Assembly: GCF_016432865.1 (NCBI RefSeq)
Contig: NC_067402.1
Location: 292,206,001 to 292,270,000 of the forward strand
DNA length: 64,000 nt
Direction of reading: 5' to 3'
From: Antechinus flavipes
Lineage: Eukaryota
The translations under genes and the position numbers were made by a program. The notes below the pieces were generated by a model. The model saw nothing but the letters and a program-made list of their open reading frames with translations, was not told the DNA's origin and did not search any database. This document shows positions 11,206 to 24,615 of the stretch, in pieces. Each line of letters starts with the position of its first letter. The stretch's first letter is position 1.

Positions 11206-13119
11206 GGTGGTGGGATTGTCTTTATATATTTATCCTAAAAAGCATTAATGGAGCTGAAACAGACCTGTTGATCCTTTGTACATATTCATTCATTCAGAAA
11301 ACATTTATTATATATTTGTCTTGTTTGCAGAGCACTATTATGGGTTCTGGGGAAAATATAAAGCTTAGATAAGATGTGGTTCTTTCCTTCATGGAACTTG
11401 TAGTCTAGAAAACAGATAAAAAATCAATGCAGATAATACAGGACACAATAAAACATAATAAGAATATTTGAGCATTAGAGAGACAAACGAATAAGTTTTG
11501 AGAAGGATGGTCATTGCTGACTAAAGATTAGGAAGTGTTTCATAATGACACATTGCCTGGCACATGACAGATACTTCCCAAATCATGCTGTTTGACTGAT
11601 GAAATTAGGATTGGGATAAGTATAAAATGTCACCGGAGATGGGTTACAAAGCATGGGAAGGAATTCAACAGGAGAAGGAGGAGGGAGGACATTTCAGGAA
11701 TGAAGAACAGCCTAAAATAAGGTACAGAGATGGGAAAGTGCACCATGCATCTGTGGGATAGAGAAGAGAACAGTTTGGGCTGAGTGAATGGGATGGGCAT
11801 GAGATAAGGGGGAAATGGGGGTAACATCAGATTGTGGAGGACCTTTTATGCTGGGCAGGGGAATTTGGGGATGGCAGAAAATACAGGAAACCAGAGTCTT
11901 TTTGGCCTGGAAGCAGTAAAGTCTGGAGAATGATTTCTGACACACTCCCTCCAGAATATCCCCCCAAATTCCCTAAACAAACTTCTGGTCCAGGACCTGA
12001 ACCGACATCTGAGTTCTTTTCTTTTCCTCCCCCACTCCCTACCTCAAGGCACAGATGAAACAGCTGTTCTCTCCTCCTTGGCCTCTCCTTTACCCAGGGG
12101 GACAACAGCACTGGGTTCTTAACTGTTGCCATGGCTCAGCTGAGTGGAGTTTCAGATCTGTGAGACTTGTGAGGTCTCCAAGGAGTAAAGTCATCATTCT
12201 CATGAATAGGGGAGGGAAATCTTTCCCAGGCTTTATCCCATATCCCTGAGTCCCAAGAAGGATTCTGGTTCCAATTTATGGAAAACAGTGCAAAACAACC
12301 TCCCCATACACCCATTCACACAGTGTATATGAGATGGGGTGCACACAGGCTGCATCCCTATTTATCTCCTTTCCCTAGACAATGACAGTTTCCATCTCAT
12401 TATAGCACGCTCCACCCACTCAATCTTCCCATCACTATTCCCTAAAGTCTATCCTTTCTTTCTTCATCCAATTCTTCTCCCGTTATTTATGACCCCCCTC
12501 CCTCTCCCTCCCTCTTCTTCTCCCTCCCTCTCCTGTTTCTCCTCTCCCTTTTTTCCCTTGGGAACTGGCTCCTTTAATGATACTCTCTCCTGCTTAGTTA
12601 AAGAAGCAAAGAAAAGAAGGTAATTGTAATGCCACATTTGGAAGTGAATGATATGAAGGTGCCTCTGTGGGGCATAGAGTCCAGAACTCCCCTAGAGGAC
12701 ACAGAGAGTCTAGAGATCTGTAGTTTTCCCCCATTAATTGGGCATTCCCTAGCAAGTTTTCTCCTTACAATAAAATTCGTCCCCAACATGACCAATGAGG
12801 CCCCAGGCTTGATAAGCCATCAAATCACAGAATCTTAGAGCTAGACTTGACCTCAGCAGACATTTAGACCAAGAAAAGGAAGTCACAATATCCTCAATAA
12901 CTGATTATCAGAATTCCACTTGAATTCAGCGAATGGCAGAGAACTCAAAACCGCAAGGAGTCTATTCCATTTGGGGTATTTCATTGCTGATGATGTTTTC
13001 CTTATACTGAATCTAAACTTTCCTCTCAACATTTTCTAATCTAATTTTACTTTCTGAGGCTACCAAAACAAGTTTCCTCTTTCTTTCATAAGATAACATT
13101 TGTCTTATTTCCTTTCTCT

Positions 13120-13274
13120 TTTTTTTCTTTTGTCTTTTTTGCTGAGACAATTTGGGTTAAGTGCTTGTCCAGGGTCACACGGCTAGGATGTATTAACTGT
13201 CTGAGGTCAGATTTGACCTCAGGTCCTCCTGACGTCAGGGCTGGTGCTCTATCCACTGCACCATCTAGATGCCC
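13120..13274 (-). mobile_element. WSINE1/MAR1-like tRNA-derived CORE-SINE
   Basis: Reverse complement begins gggcatctagatggtgcagtggatagagcaccagccctg and ends in an A-rich tail. Confidence 0.8.
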
Positions 13275-13476
13275 TGATCTCATTTCTGAAATGCAAAAGG
13301 AACTGATTCCACTTTATGAGACTAACAACCATTCCTCAATTGATAATTGGTCAAAGATCGTGAGTTCTCAAAGGAAGAAATTCAAGCTATTAACAGTCAT
13401 ATTAAAATGTCCCAAATCACCAATAAGTGAAGAAATGTAAATGAAATCAACCCCGAGATTCTGCCTCCCATCTATC

Positions 13477-13791
13477 NNNNNNNNNNNNNNNNNNNNNNNN
13501 NNNNNNNNNNNNNNNNNNNNNNNNNNNNNNNNNNNNNNNNNNNNNNNNNNNNNNNNNNNNNNNNNNNNNNNNNNNNNNNNNNNNNNNNNNNNNNNNNNNN
13601 NNNNNNNNNNNNNNNNNNNNNNNNNNNNNNNNNNNNNNNNNNNNNNNNNNNNNNNNNNNNNNNNNNNNNNNNNNNNNNNNNNNNNNNNNNNNNNNNNNNN
13701 NNNNNNNNNNNNNNNNNNNNNNNNNNNNNNNNNNNNNNNNNNNNNNNNNNNNNNNNNNNNNNNNNNNNNNNNNNNNNNNNNNNNNNNNNNN
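13477..13791. other. N gap (others at 22263-22519, 23024-23228, 23728-23930, 24422-24615, 34159-34303, 34505-34697)
   Basis: Runs of n in the sequence. Confidence 0.99.
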
Positions 13792-16700
13792 GTAGTAGAA
13801 GAGGTACACTTATACAGTGCTATGGATGGGTCCAGCCATTCCAGAAAGCAATTTGGAACTCTGATCCATAAGTTATGAAATTATGAATGACTTGTATGAC
13901 CCAGTTGGGTCATATGTACCCCAGTTGGCCAATATCTATAGATAGAAGCAGTTGGTAGCATAGCAAATAGAGCTCTGGACCTGGTATCCAAAGATCTGAA
14001 TCCACGACCTTAATCTGACCCCAGACATTAGCTGTTTGACCCTGGACAAGACTTAACCTCTCTTTGCTTCAGTTTCCTCAATAGTAAAATGGAGATGGAA
14101 ATCATATTCACCTTATATGGTTGTCGTAAAGGACAATTGAGATTCTATTTGTTTTAAAATAAAAACATTTAGCATAGTTCCTGAAACAGAGTAGGAACTA
14201 TATAAATTCTTATTTTCTTCGTTTTTTTCCTTTAAACACATAAGGCAACAGCTGTCATACAGATCAAAATCCAGTTTTTAAAAAGTGGGGGAGATGTAAA
14301 AGGTTTGGAATAATTTGGAGAGCAATACCTGAGTCAACCACTGAGTGGTGATCAAAGCCTAACCACTTCCCAACAATGGACACCAGTTGCTTTGACCCTT
14401 CCCATTCCGCGGACAAACATCGTTTATCCTCTGAACATGTTTCTATTTCCAGGGTTCTAATCTAAGGGAATAAATTTATACTTATAGATGTTCCCTTAGA
14501 TTAAATCATTTATAAATAAATATAAATTTATTTAAAATATAACAATTGATGCAATTATGTTGGTTCTTTCCCTACCCTCTTGGAACTGTTTATCTTTTTA
14601 ATTACTTTCCTATGTATATAGGAAATAGATTCAGACATGCAACACATAAATCACTGCAATTTTAAGATGTAATGAATTAAAGCAAAGATATAATCTCTTA
14701 CTTCTCCGCCAAGACAGGCATTATTGTCTCTTGGGTTTTTTTTTTTTCTCCTCCCATTCACTCTTGCATGCTGGGAATATCTCCACACATTCCCATGACT
14801 TGTAGAGCATAATAGAAAAGGAGAGGTTTCTCTTAGCAATCTTTAGTAAAAAAGGAAGTAATCATTTTATACCCAAGTAGGATTCATAGCAGATTGCCAT
14901 GATGGAAAACTCTGTAATCATCTTATACTCAAGTAGGATTCATAGCAGATTGCCATCCTGAAAAGCTCTGACTGCGGCTGAACCCTTGTACCAGATTCAC
15001 CCTCAGACTATCTTGAATTTCCTCCAGCCATGACAGTGATATCTTGACTCTTTGAAAACTTTAGAAGTCTAGAGTCTAGAAAACTCTAAATTAGAGCTTT
15101 CCTCCCCTTTATAATATTATCTGTCATTGAGAGAATTAGAAGGATTTCAGGGCAGTCCCTTAATAGTAGAAAGATCTTAGAAGTTTCACCCTGCACACCT
15201 TTCAAATCTCCTGAAACAGTGGGAGATTCCAAAGGCAGAGATGATTAGGTTGTATTGGTCCAGGTTACATGTCTATTCCTTTATCTAAAAATCAAAATAT
15301 CTTTTTTGGTTGCTACTTCATGCTGTAGACTCCAGCCCTTTACTGAGCTGCCCTATACTGAACCTTTCAGATCGATTTCCTCTGAATTACTATCTACTCA
15401 TATTCTCTTCCATTTGGCATTTATAAAGTTGATTATTTTTAATCAAGTTCAGGATTTTACATTTATCTCTGCAGAATTTGATCTTATGAAATTTTGTCCA
15501 ATTTTCCTATCTGTAAAAAAAGGTCTTTTTTTAGATCCCAATTATCTCATGCAACATGTCCATCCAATCCATGCTCAATAGAGCATCCATTTCATTTGAG
15601 TGTTATATCATAAACATGTCAACTATGCCTCCACCTTCTCAGTTAATCAATAAACATTTATTAAGTACCTACTGTGTTTCAGACATGAGTTAAGTCCTAG
15701 GGATAAAAAGATAATTCCTGCTCTGAAAAAGCTCACTATTTAATGGCGACAACTACAAACAAGCTACGTACAAGATAAAAAAGGAAATAATTAATAGAGG
15801 AAGGTACTAAAATTAAGGGAATTGGGAAAACTCCATATTAAAGATGGGAATTTAGCTGAGAATTAAATGAAGCCAGGAAAGCCAGCAGATAGAGCTGAGA
15901 GACAAGAAGAGAAAATTCCCAGAGTCCAGAAATAGAATATCTACTTCCAATAATAACCAGAGACCAGCATCCTGGATCAAAGAATAAATGGAGTAAAGTA
16001 TAAAAACCCTAGAAAGGTAAGAGGGAGCTAGATATGAAAGGCTTTTAATGCCAAAGATTTTTTTTAACTTGTAAAAATGTTAATGATATAAAAACTTGAG
16101 GCTCATTCAGTATGTAAATGGTCGTAGAATATGCAATTCTCAAAAGTCATAGAATATGAACAGCTCTCAAAAGAATTGTAAATCATGAACAACTAAAAGA
16201 AAAGTTGATACAAGTCACTAATAAGTGAAATGGAGAACAGAAGAAAAAATTATCAAAGGTGACAATAGATGGAAATAGTCAATGTTGGAAGGACTGGGAA
16301 AGATAGGCACAGCGGTACAATCCTGGAAGAACGTGAATGAGTCCAAACATTCAGGAAAGCAAATTGAAATTATGGGAAGAAAATGACCAGAGTGTGTATT
16401 CCCTTTGATCCAGAGATTTTGGGAAAACATGATCACCTGCCCATCAATTGGGGAATGGCTGAATAAGTTATGATATATGAATAGCATGTTTCTTTACCTG
16501 ACCTCTAATATCGTGATCTCAGATCATTAGTCCCAGCAGATCTATTATATCGAGTAAGCAACAATTTACTTCCTTTAACCTGGCACTCAAGGTCTTCCAT
16601 GATCTGATCCTCAGTCTATTTCTCTAGCATAATTCATTCAACAAACATTATTAAGTGCCTACAACATGCAGAAGATTGTTCTAAACACTGGGGAGATACT

Positions 16701-18765
16701 GTGTCTGTCACAGAACATTTGTAGCATGGTAGAATCCAGGGTGGGAGCACGGAGAGCCATCCAGTTTGCCTGGCAAATAAGACTGCATGGAAGGGAATAA
16801 TAGAAGAAAAGACTTGAAAAGGAAGTGATACCAGTTTGTGGAGGGTCTTGATTGCCAAACCAAGGTGTTTGAATGTTTCTGGGTAAACAATAATAAGTTA
16901 CCCAGATAATGTTTACCCAGAAACATCAATGTTATTACACATAACTGAAGAAAAGACATTCGATTCCATTACATTCAACTCAAGAAGCCTTTATTTTATT
17001 TACTGAGCATTTACTGCAAGACAGAGGCAAGCCTGTGAAAGATGCTTCTGGCAGCGATGCAAAGAAGGATAGATGTTGGAATCAAGAGGTTTTCCTGTGC
17101 AGCACACTTCAAGAAACAGTGTGAGTCCCCATCCTCGTTGGGGACCCATGAGCCGTAGTGCTTCCCAGAGCCTCTGTTTAATTCCTATTAATTCCTTAAA
17201 GCCTAATTCCAATTCTTGTTCCTCTAGAGCCTTTTCTGATTGCTGATTGGCAGGTCAATCCCTTCTTCCTCGCTAGAGGTCAGGAAGTACCCAGACTGCC
17301 CCTTTCTAATGCATATATCACGGAATACTGTGTAGCCTAATGGTTATCTTCTGTTATTAGAAGATAACTTCTAATGGTTATCATGAGCTTCATTCATGAG
17401 CTCCTTGAGGGTACGGTCTGACTCATCCAAGGATCCCCCCTGTTCTAGGGCACAGGACTCAGTGGCAGAGTGTTTTTAATAAGTTCCTTTTGAATCAGAG
17501 TAAATTGAGACCTTCTGCCTTCCTGGACCTTTCATATTTGGCTGTTTCTGATTCACCTGTGACTCACCCAACTGGCCTCCCAACCTTTGGTCTACCTTAG
17601 TACCTAGTGGAGCATTTAGAGCCCCTCCCTACCCTCCTTCCTACTTTTCCACACTTGCACTTTGTTCCCCACCTCTCTATATGACTCAGTTACTTAGACT
17701 TATTCTTCCTTGGTCTATTTTCTGCTCTTGGCACACTTTCCTGCTTCCAGGCCTTTGCAGTGGCTGTACCTCCTACCAGGGGATACCCTTCCTTCTCACT
17801 TCCACTGTCTGGCCTCCCTGACTTCCTTCAAGTCTCCTTCCACCTTCTGCGAGAAGCCTCTCCTGGCCCTCTCCACTGCTAGAAGCTGTCTATCTCCGTT
17901 TGCCTTTCACGTACTCAGAATGTGTCTTGCATGTATCTTATTATGTACTTGTTGTCTCCCCCATTGAAATGTCTCCCCGCCTCCTTGAGAGCAGAGACTG
18001 TTTTACAAATGTTTCCAAAGCTTTCCCTCTGTGTTCTCAGCATTCAGCCCAGAGCTTGGCTCCATTGTTAAAGAACGGCTCAATAATTGCTTGGGAACCG
18101 ACTTGTGGTACATTGGACAAAAGCAAACACACCTCCTGCCTCTTTCACCCGTCATTACGTTCTAAAGGTAGTGTGTCACTGTGGGAAATACACCTTGGAG
18201 TGGCCTTAGGTTCCATATGTGAATATGAGGAGGTTAGATTAGATCCATCAATCAACATTTATTAAGCACTTACTGTGTGCCAGGTACCATACTAAAGTGC
18301 TAGGGATACAAAAGGAGGCAAAAGAGAGTGAACTCTTTGGTCCTCTCAAGCTCTAGCTATGACCTTCTTTCTCCATCCTACATTTCACCCCATTCCATAC
18401 ACACACACACACATATCCTTCTCTGTTTTCCTGTGATTTGGGGGATTAGAAATGAGGGGGGCTGTTTTCCCCCAGGGGCTCCCTATTTGCCAGAAATTTG
18501 TTGGCAGCTTCTTCAGTGAAGAAATAGTATGAGGATTCTGGTCTCTAAAAGACTGCTCGATTCTCCTGAGGATTGATGGGAGAATCTGTTGCTTCTTATT
18601 CTGTTGGCTCCAACCTCTTGGGGTTTATCAAGGAATCCCTAGCTCAGCTTGTCAGGGAAAGGCCTGCTGTGGTCTGAGGTACTGGCCCCTGCCCCAATCA
18701 ATCTGGGCAAACTGCTAACTGGAGACTTCAGAGTATGAGGTCTTCTAGGAGGAAAAAGGAGTATT

Positions 18766-18895
18766 GGGGCAGCTAAGTGGAGCAGTGAATAGAGCACCAG
18801 ACCTGAAGTCAGAAGGACCTGAGTTCAAATCTGATCTCAGACATTTAACACTTCTTAGCTGTGTGACCCTAACTGTATCAGCAAAAAATAAAAAG
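18766..18895 (+). mobile_element. WSINE1/MAR1-like SINE
   Basis: ggggcagctaagtggagcagtgaatagagcaccagacctgaagtcagaaggacctgagttcaaat followed by an A-rich tail. Confidence 0.8.
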
Positions 18896-18949
18896 GAGTG
18901 TCAACAAAACAGACTAGAGATTCCAGAAACAGATTATACAAATATTAGT

Positions 18950-20000
18950 GTTTGCCAAATCTAAGGATTTTGAATCCTAAGGGAAGGGCTTCTTGGAAAT
19001 ATCGAAAAGCAGGAGGGGTGAAATGGTTCTAAACTTTACACCATTAAGTTATCATTTGATCTGTGAATGAAAGATTTTTAGAACATAAAGCAGCAAGAAG
19101 CAAAAGGAATAATGTAGGTATCCGAGGCATAAAGGATCAAGAAGGATATTGTCTGCTGTGAAATGAATTGGAGAAATGACTGGTGAGAAAAATAGAAGAT
19201 AATTTAATATGTACATTTGTTCATTTCTGTCCAGCAAAAGACAACATAACAAAATAATATAAAAAGTAACAAAGGAAGAGTGGGGAAGAATAATTGGAAT
19301 TTGCAGCAAACTCCTCTGTTAAGTCTTCAAAGCAAGGAAGGATTCAGCTGTACCACCTAACCCACAGGAAAGGGTTTCTAGCTAGGTCCTTCTTGATGTG
19401 AATAATGAATCCCATGAAGTAATCAAATTGTTCAGATTCACTCTTAATATTTCCACTAGGCTAGAACTAATAACCATATTTTATATAATTGTAAGTACGA
19501 GAAGTAACTAATCAGGACCTAGAAGTAAAGCATGTTAGTGAGAAAGATAAATATAAAAAAGGAAGCCAGTGGGTTTCAGGAGTATCTACACAAGATGAAA
19601 GGACCTAGAGATTGGTCCCCATTGCAGCCCATTTGGGGAAACCTCCAGATTAGGAGTTACAGGAGCACTTGGATAGAATTTACACATGGATGGGTGGCTA
19701 CCTGCATCAGTGAGGAGAATCCCCATGTCAATATCCCCATGGGGATTATCTCATTCATGTTCCAAAGTATTGAAGAATAGTCTTAAGATGATGTTCTTTT
19801 CAAGAGCCAATGATAGGGACAAAAAACTCACAGAAGAAAAAGCAACAATGGCAAATAATCTCCAAGTAATAATCCCTTCCCCACCCCAGGAATTCAGGGC
19901 TGATAATGGGCTAGCAAAATGAATAAATTTCCTTGAAAAGCAGAGAAAGGAAAATTCAAACCACCTTGAAACTCCACCTTCAACCATCCAGCCAAGGTAG
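18950..20000 (+). mobile_element. Old LINE-1 ORF1 (or HAL1-type) relic
   Basis: SKRNNVGIRGIKD (19099-19137) resembles the ORF1p RRNNIRIIGIPE motif. KMMFFSRAND (19785-19814) resembles the ORF1p C-terminal WNMIFQRAKE segment. Many stops and frameshifts. Confidence 0.4.
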
Positions 20001-21188
20001 TATAGCATCTTCTCTTGGCTCAATTCTTCAACTCAACCATAGCAACAGATGGGAGCCTAGAGCAACAACTGCTACTTCAGCTATCAGGGCTACTTTGTGG
20101 GTGACCACTCCTACCACAATCCTCCTCTGCCTCTGCTAGTTGGAAGCTTCTAACTGTCTTATTCATTCCTCCTGAATCAACTAATCGATTAATAACCAAT
20201 TATTAAGCACTTACTATATGCCAAGTTGTGCTAAGTGTCAGGGACACAAATACAGGTAAGGGAGAATATCTATTACAAATGTGTATAGTGTAAATGGGAA
20301 AGACAACATCCATAACAGGAGAGGGGGGAGAAAGAGAGAGAGAGAGAGAGAGAGAACAAAGAGAGAGACAGAGAGACAGAGAGAGAGACAGAGAAGAATG
20401 GTTTAGAGGGGTGGGAGTGTGAAGACCAAGGAAATGTCACGATCAATCAATTAACAAATATTTATTAAGTGTTTACCATGTTCCAGCCTGGGGATACAAA
20501 GAAACCACAGACAGTTCTTGGCTTCAAGGAGCTTATATGGAAAGAGGCAACATATAAGTAACTAGTTACATAGATAGGTATAACATACATAGGAGGAAGA
20601 GGGAGGCTCAAGTAGGTCGAGGGACTGGGAAAGGGATGGAAAATGGCAGTCTAGCTGAGTCTTAAAGGAAACCAGGGATGTCCTGAGGTAGAGGGAAGAA
20701 GGGAAACATCCCAAACATGGAGGAGAGCTAGTGCAAGGGTACCAAAAGGGGAGGTAGAGGCATAGGAACAGAAAGGAAGCCAATATTGCTGGATCTCTGA
20801 CTATGTGAGAGGAAGTAAAGGGTGAAAAAAATTGAAAAAATAGGAAGAACCAGGTCACAAAGAGCCTTAAATGCCATGGGAGAACTTCATATTTCATCCT
20901 GGAGGTAAGAAGGAGCCATCACAAAGGGATAAGGAAAGAAGGGGAGTGACACAGTCTAAACTTCACTTCAGGAAATTCACTTTGGCAACTGAAGGGAGAG
21001 ACCAATTAGATGGCTACTGAATTAGTCTAGATTAGAAATGATGAAGGCCTGAAGTAGGCTGGTGATCATCAGTGATGGCCAGCAGAATGGAGGGAAGAGG
21101 TTGGATCTGAAAAGTTTTGTAGAGGTAGAATCAGTACACTTTGACAAGGGATTGAATAGGTGGGTGATGGAGACTGACAGGAATGGTA

Positions 21189-21224
<36 letters not shown>

Positions 21225-21327
21225 GTTATGCTTACACTATGCTATAGTCTATTAAATATGCCATAGTTATTTGTCCAAAGAACAATGTATATACCTTAAT
21301 TTTTAAAAGATTTTATTAGTTTGTGGC

Positions 21328-21915
21328 AGCCCTTTTTGTAGTGGTAAGGAACTGAAAACTGAGTGGATGCCCATCAGTTGGGAATGGCCGAACAAGCTAT
21401 GGTATATGAATGTGATGGGATATTATTGTTCTCTAAGAAATGATCAGCAGGATAATTTCAGAGAGGCCTGGAGAGACTGATTCTAAGTGAAGTGAGCAGA
21501 ACCAGGAGATCATTGTACATGACAACAACAAGATTATATGACGATCAATTTTGATGGATGTGGTTCTTTTCAACAATGAGATGATTCAGACCAATTCCAA
21601 TGGTCTTGGGATAGAGAGAGCCATTTGCATCCAGAGAGAGAACTATAGGGACTAAATGTGGATCACAACATAGTGCTTTGACCTTTTTTGTTGCTGTTTG
21701 CTTGCTTTTTGTTTTCTTTCTCCTTTTTTCCTTTTTGATCTGATTTTTCTTGTGGATAAAAATTGTGCAAATATCTATAAAAGAATTGCATATGTTTAAC
21801 ATATATTGCATTATTTGCTGTCTAAGGGAGGGAAGGAGGGAGAAAAAAATGGAACAAGGTTTGCAAGGGTGAATGTTGAAATCTATGCATATATTTTGAA
21901 AATAAAATGCTTTAT
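21328..21915 (+). mobile_element. LINE-1 3' fragment (end of ORF2 plus 3' UTR)
   Basis: Similar to the 3' part of the L1 at 26553-27949 (gatgcccatcagttggg...agcagaaccaggagatcattgtac). Confidence 0.8.
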
Positions 21916-22152
21916 TTCTTTAAAATGCTAGTGAAGAGTCTTGCCTCAATGTTGATGGTTGCTGACTGAGCAGAATGGTGGTTGTGGATGGTTGGAGTGC
22001 TGTGGCTATTTCTTAAAATAAAAAAAACTAGCTGCCCCTATTACTTCCCTTCTAATATTGACACCAGTCTACAGGACTTCTTGGTATAATGTTCCACAGT
22101 GCCTCAAACACATAATGTCCAAAATTGAACTTATCATTAGAAAGAAAAAGGA

Positions 22153-22262
22153 GGGGCAGCTAGGTGATACAGTGGATAGAGCACCAGCCCTGAAGTCAAG
22201 AAAACCTGAGTTTAAATTGGTCTCTCCTAGCTGTGTGATGATCCTGGGCAAATCACTTAACC
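22153..22262 (+). mobile_element. WSINE1/MAR1-like SINE, truncated by a gap
   Basis: ggggcagctaggtgatacagtggatagagcaccagccctgaagtc...ggcaaatcacttaacc. Confidence 0.8.
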
Positions 22263-22524
22263 NNNNNNNNNNNNNNNNNNNNNNNNNNNNNNNNNNNNNN
22301 NNNNNNNNNNNNNNNNNNNNNNNNNNNNNNNNNNNNNNNNNNNNNNNNNNNNNNNNNNNNNNNNNNNNNNNNNNNNNNNNNNNNNNNNNNNNNNNNNNNN
22401 NNNNNNNNNNNNNNNNNNNNNNNNNNNNNNNNNNNNNNNNNNNNNNNNNNNNNNNNNNNNNNNNNNNNNNNNNNNNNNNNNNNNNNNNNNNNNNNNNNNN
22501 NNNNNNNNNNNNNNNNNNNCTTTA

Positions 22525-24615
22525 AGAAAGCCAGAGGGTGGAGAGATCTCATGGCAGCATGGGAGAATGACTTGTAAAAATGCGTAGAGGATTGTTGGAG
22601 AGTAAATACATGTTTGGAAAGTAAGCAGTAAGCAAAACAAAAAAGTAGATAAGGAATAGGTTAGGAGGTTAGGAAGGGCCCTGAATGCCAAATGGAGTGT
22701 GTATGTTGAATCCTGGAGATGACAGAGAGCCACCAGAATTTGTTGAGTAGGACTGAGGGGGAGGGGGACATGATTAGACCTGCAGTGTAGGAAAATCCCT
22801 TTCCTGGGTGGATGGAGGATAGACCAGATTTATCTTGAGGAAGGCAGAAGCACCCACAGCTACTGTAACAGTCCGGGTGTGAGATGATGAGGGTCTTCAT
22901 CAGGAGATGGCAGAGTCAAAGGAGAAAAGTAGAGATATTCCAGAGCTGTTATAAAGGACATTCAGAAGGCAGGAGACCACACAAGCATTCCACCAGGATA
23001 GTGAAGGACCAGATGGATCAGAANNNNNNNNNNNNNNNNNNNNNNNNNNNNNNNNNNNNNNNNNNNNNNNNNNNNNNNNNNNNNNNNNNNNNNNNNNNNN
23101 NNNNNNNNNNNNNNNNNNNNNNNNNNNNNNNNNNNNNNNNNNNNNNNNNNNNNNNNNNNNNNNNNNNNNNNNNNNNNNNNNNNNNNNNNNNNNNNNNNNN
23201 NNNNNNNNNNNNNNNNNNNNNNNNNNNNAGAAAGCCAGAGGGTGGAGAGATCTCATGGCAGCATGGGAGAATGACTTGTAAAAATGCGTAGAGGATTGTT
23301 GGAGAGTAAATACATGTTTGGAAAGTAAGCAGTAAGCAAAACAAAAAAGTAGATAAGGAATAGGTTAGGAGGTTAGGAAGGGCCCTGAATGCCAAATGGA
23401 GTATGTATGTTGAATCCTGGAGATGACAGAGAGCCACCAGAATTTGTTGAGTAGGAATGAGGGGGAGGGGGACATGATTAGACCTGCAGTGTAGGAAAAT
23501 CCCTTTCCTGGGTGGATGGAGGATGGACCAGATTTATCTTGAGGAAGGCAGAAGCACCCACAGCTACTGTAACAGTCTGGGTGTGAGATGATGAGGGTCT
23601 TCTTCAGGAGATGGCAGAGTCAAAGGAGAAAAGTAGAGATATTCCAGAGCTGTTATAAAGGACATTCAGAAGGCAGGAGACCACACAAGCATTCCACCAG
23701 GATAGTGAAGGACCAGATGGATCAGAANNNNNNNNNNNNNNNNNNNNNNNNNNNNNNNNNNNNNNNNNNNNNNNNNNNNNNNNNNNNNNNNNNNNNNNNN
23801 NNNNNNNNNNNNNNNNNNNNNNNNNNNNNNNNNNNNNNNNNNNNNNNNNNNNNNNNNNNNNNNNNNNNNNNNNNNNNNNNNNNNNNNNNNNNNNNNNNNN
23901 NNNNNNNNNNNNNNNNNNNNNNNNNNNNNNAGAAAGCCAGAGGGTGGAGAGATCTCATGGCAGCATGGGAGAATGACTTGTAAAAATGCGTAGAGGATTG
24001 TTGGAGAGTAAATACATGTTTGGAAAGTAAGCAGTAAGCAAAACAAAAAGGTAGATAAGGAATAGGTTAGGAAGGGCCCTGAATGCCAAATGGAGTATGT
24101 ATGTTGAATCCTGGAGATGACAGAGAGCCACCAGAATTTGTTGAGTAGGAATGAGGGGGAGGGGGACATGATTAGACCTGCAGTGTAGGAAAATCCCTTT
24201 CCTGGGTGGATGGAGGATGGACCAGATTTATCTTGAGGAAGGCAGAAGCACCCACAGCTACTGTAACAGTCTGGGTGTGAGATGATGAGGGTCTTCATCA
24301 GGAGATGGCAGAGTCAAAGGAGAAAAGTAGAGATATTCCAGAGCTGTTATAAAGGACATTCAGAAGGCAGGAGACCACACAAGCATTCCACCAGGATAGT
24401 GAAGGACCAGATGGATCAGAANNNNNNNNNNNNNNNNNNNNNNNNNNNNNNNNNNNNNNNNNNNNNNNNNNNNNNNNNNNNNNNNNNNNNNNNNNNNNNN
24501 NNNNNNNNNNNNNNNNNNNNNNNNNNNNNNNNNNNNNNNNNNNNNNNNNNNNNNNNNNNNNNNNNNNNNNNNNNNNNNNNNNNNNNNNNNNNNNNNNNNN
24601 NNNNNNNNNNNNNNN
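22525..24615 (-). repeat. Tandem array, period ~703 bp, three visible near-identical L2-derived units each followed by a ~200-nt N gap
   Basis: Units 22525-23023, 23229-23727 and 23931-24421 all start agaaagccagagggtgg and end atggatcagaa. Minus-strand translation KTLIISHPDCYSS is L2-like. Confidence 0.9.

Noticed and set aside
13441-13878. ORFs spanning N gaps (also 22058-24770 and 34067-34794)
   Set aside because: Their length comes from undefined X codons.
22525-24421. Tandem array as a CRISPR-like repeat/spacer system
   Set aside because: Units are ~500-bp L2-derived sequence and the apparent spacers are N gaps in a mammalian genome.
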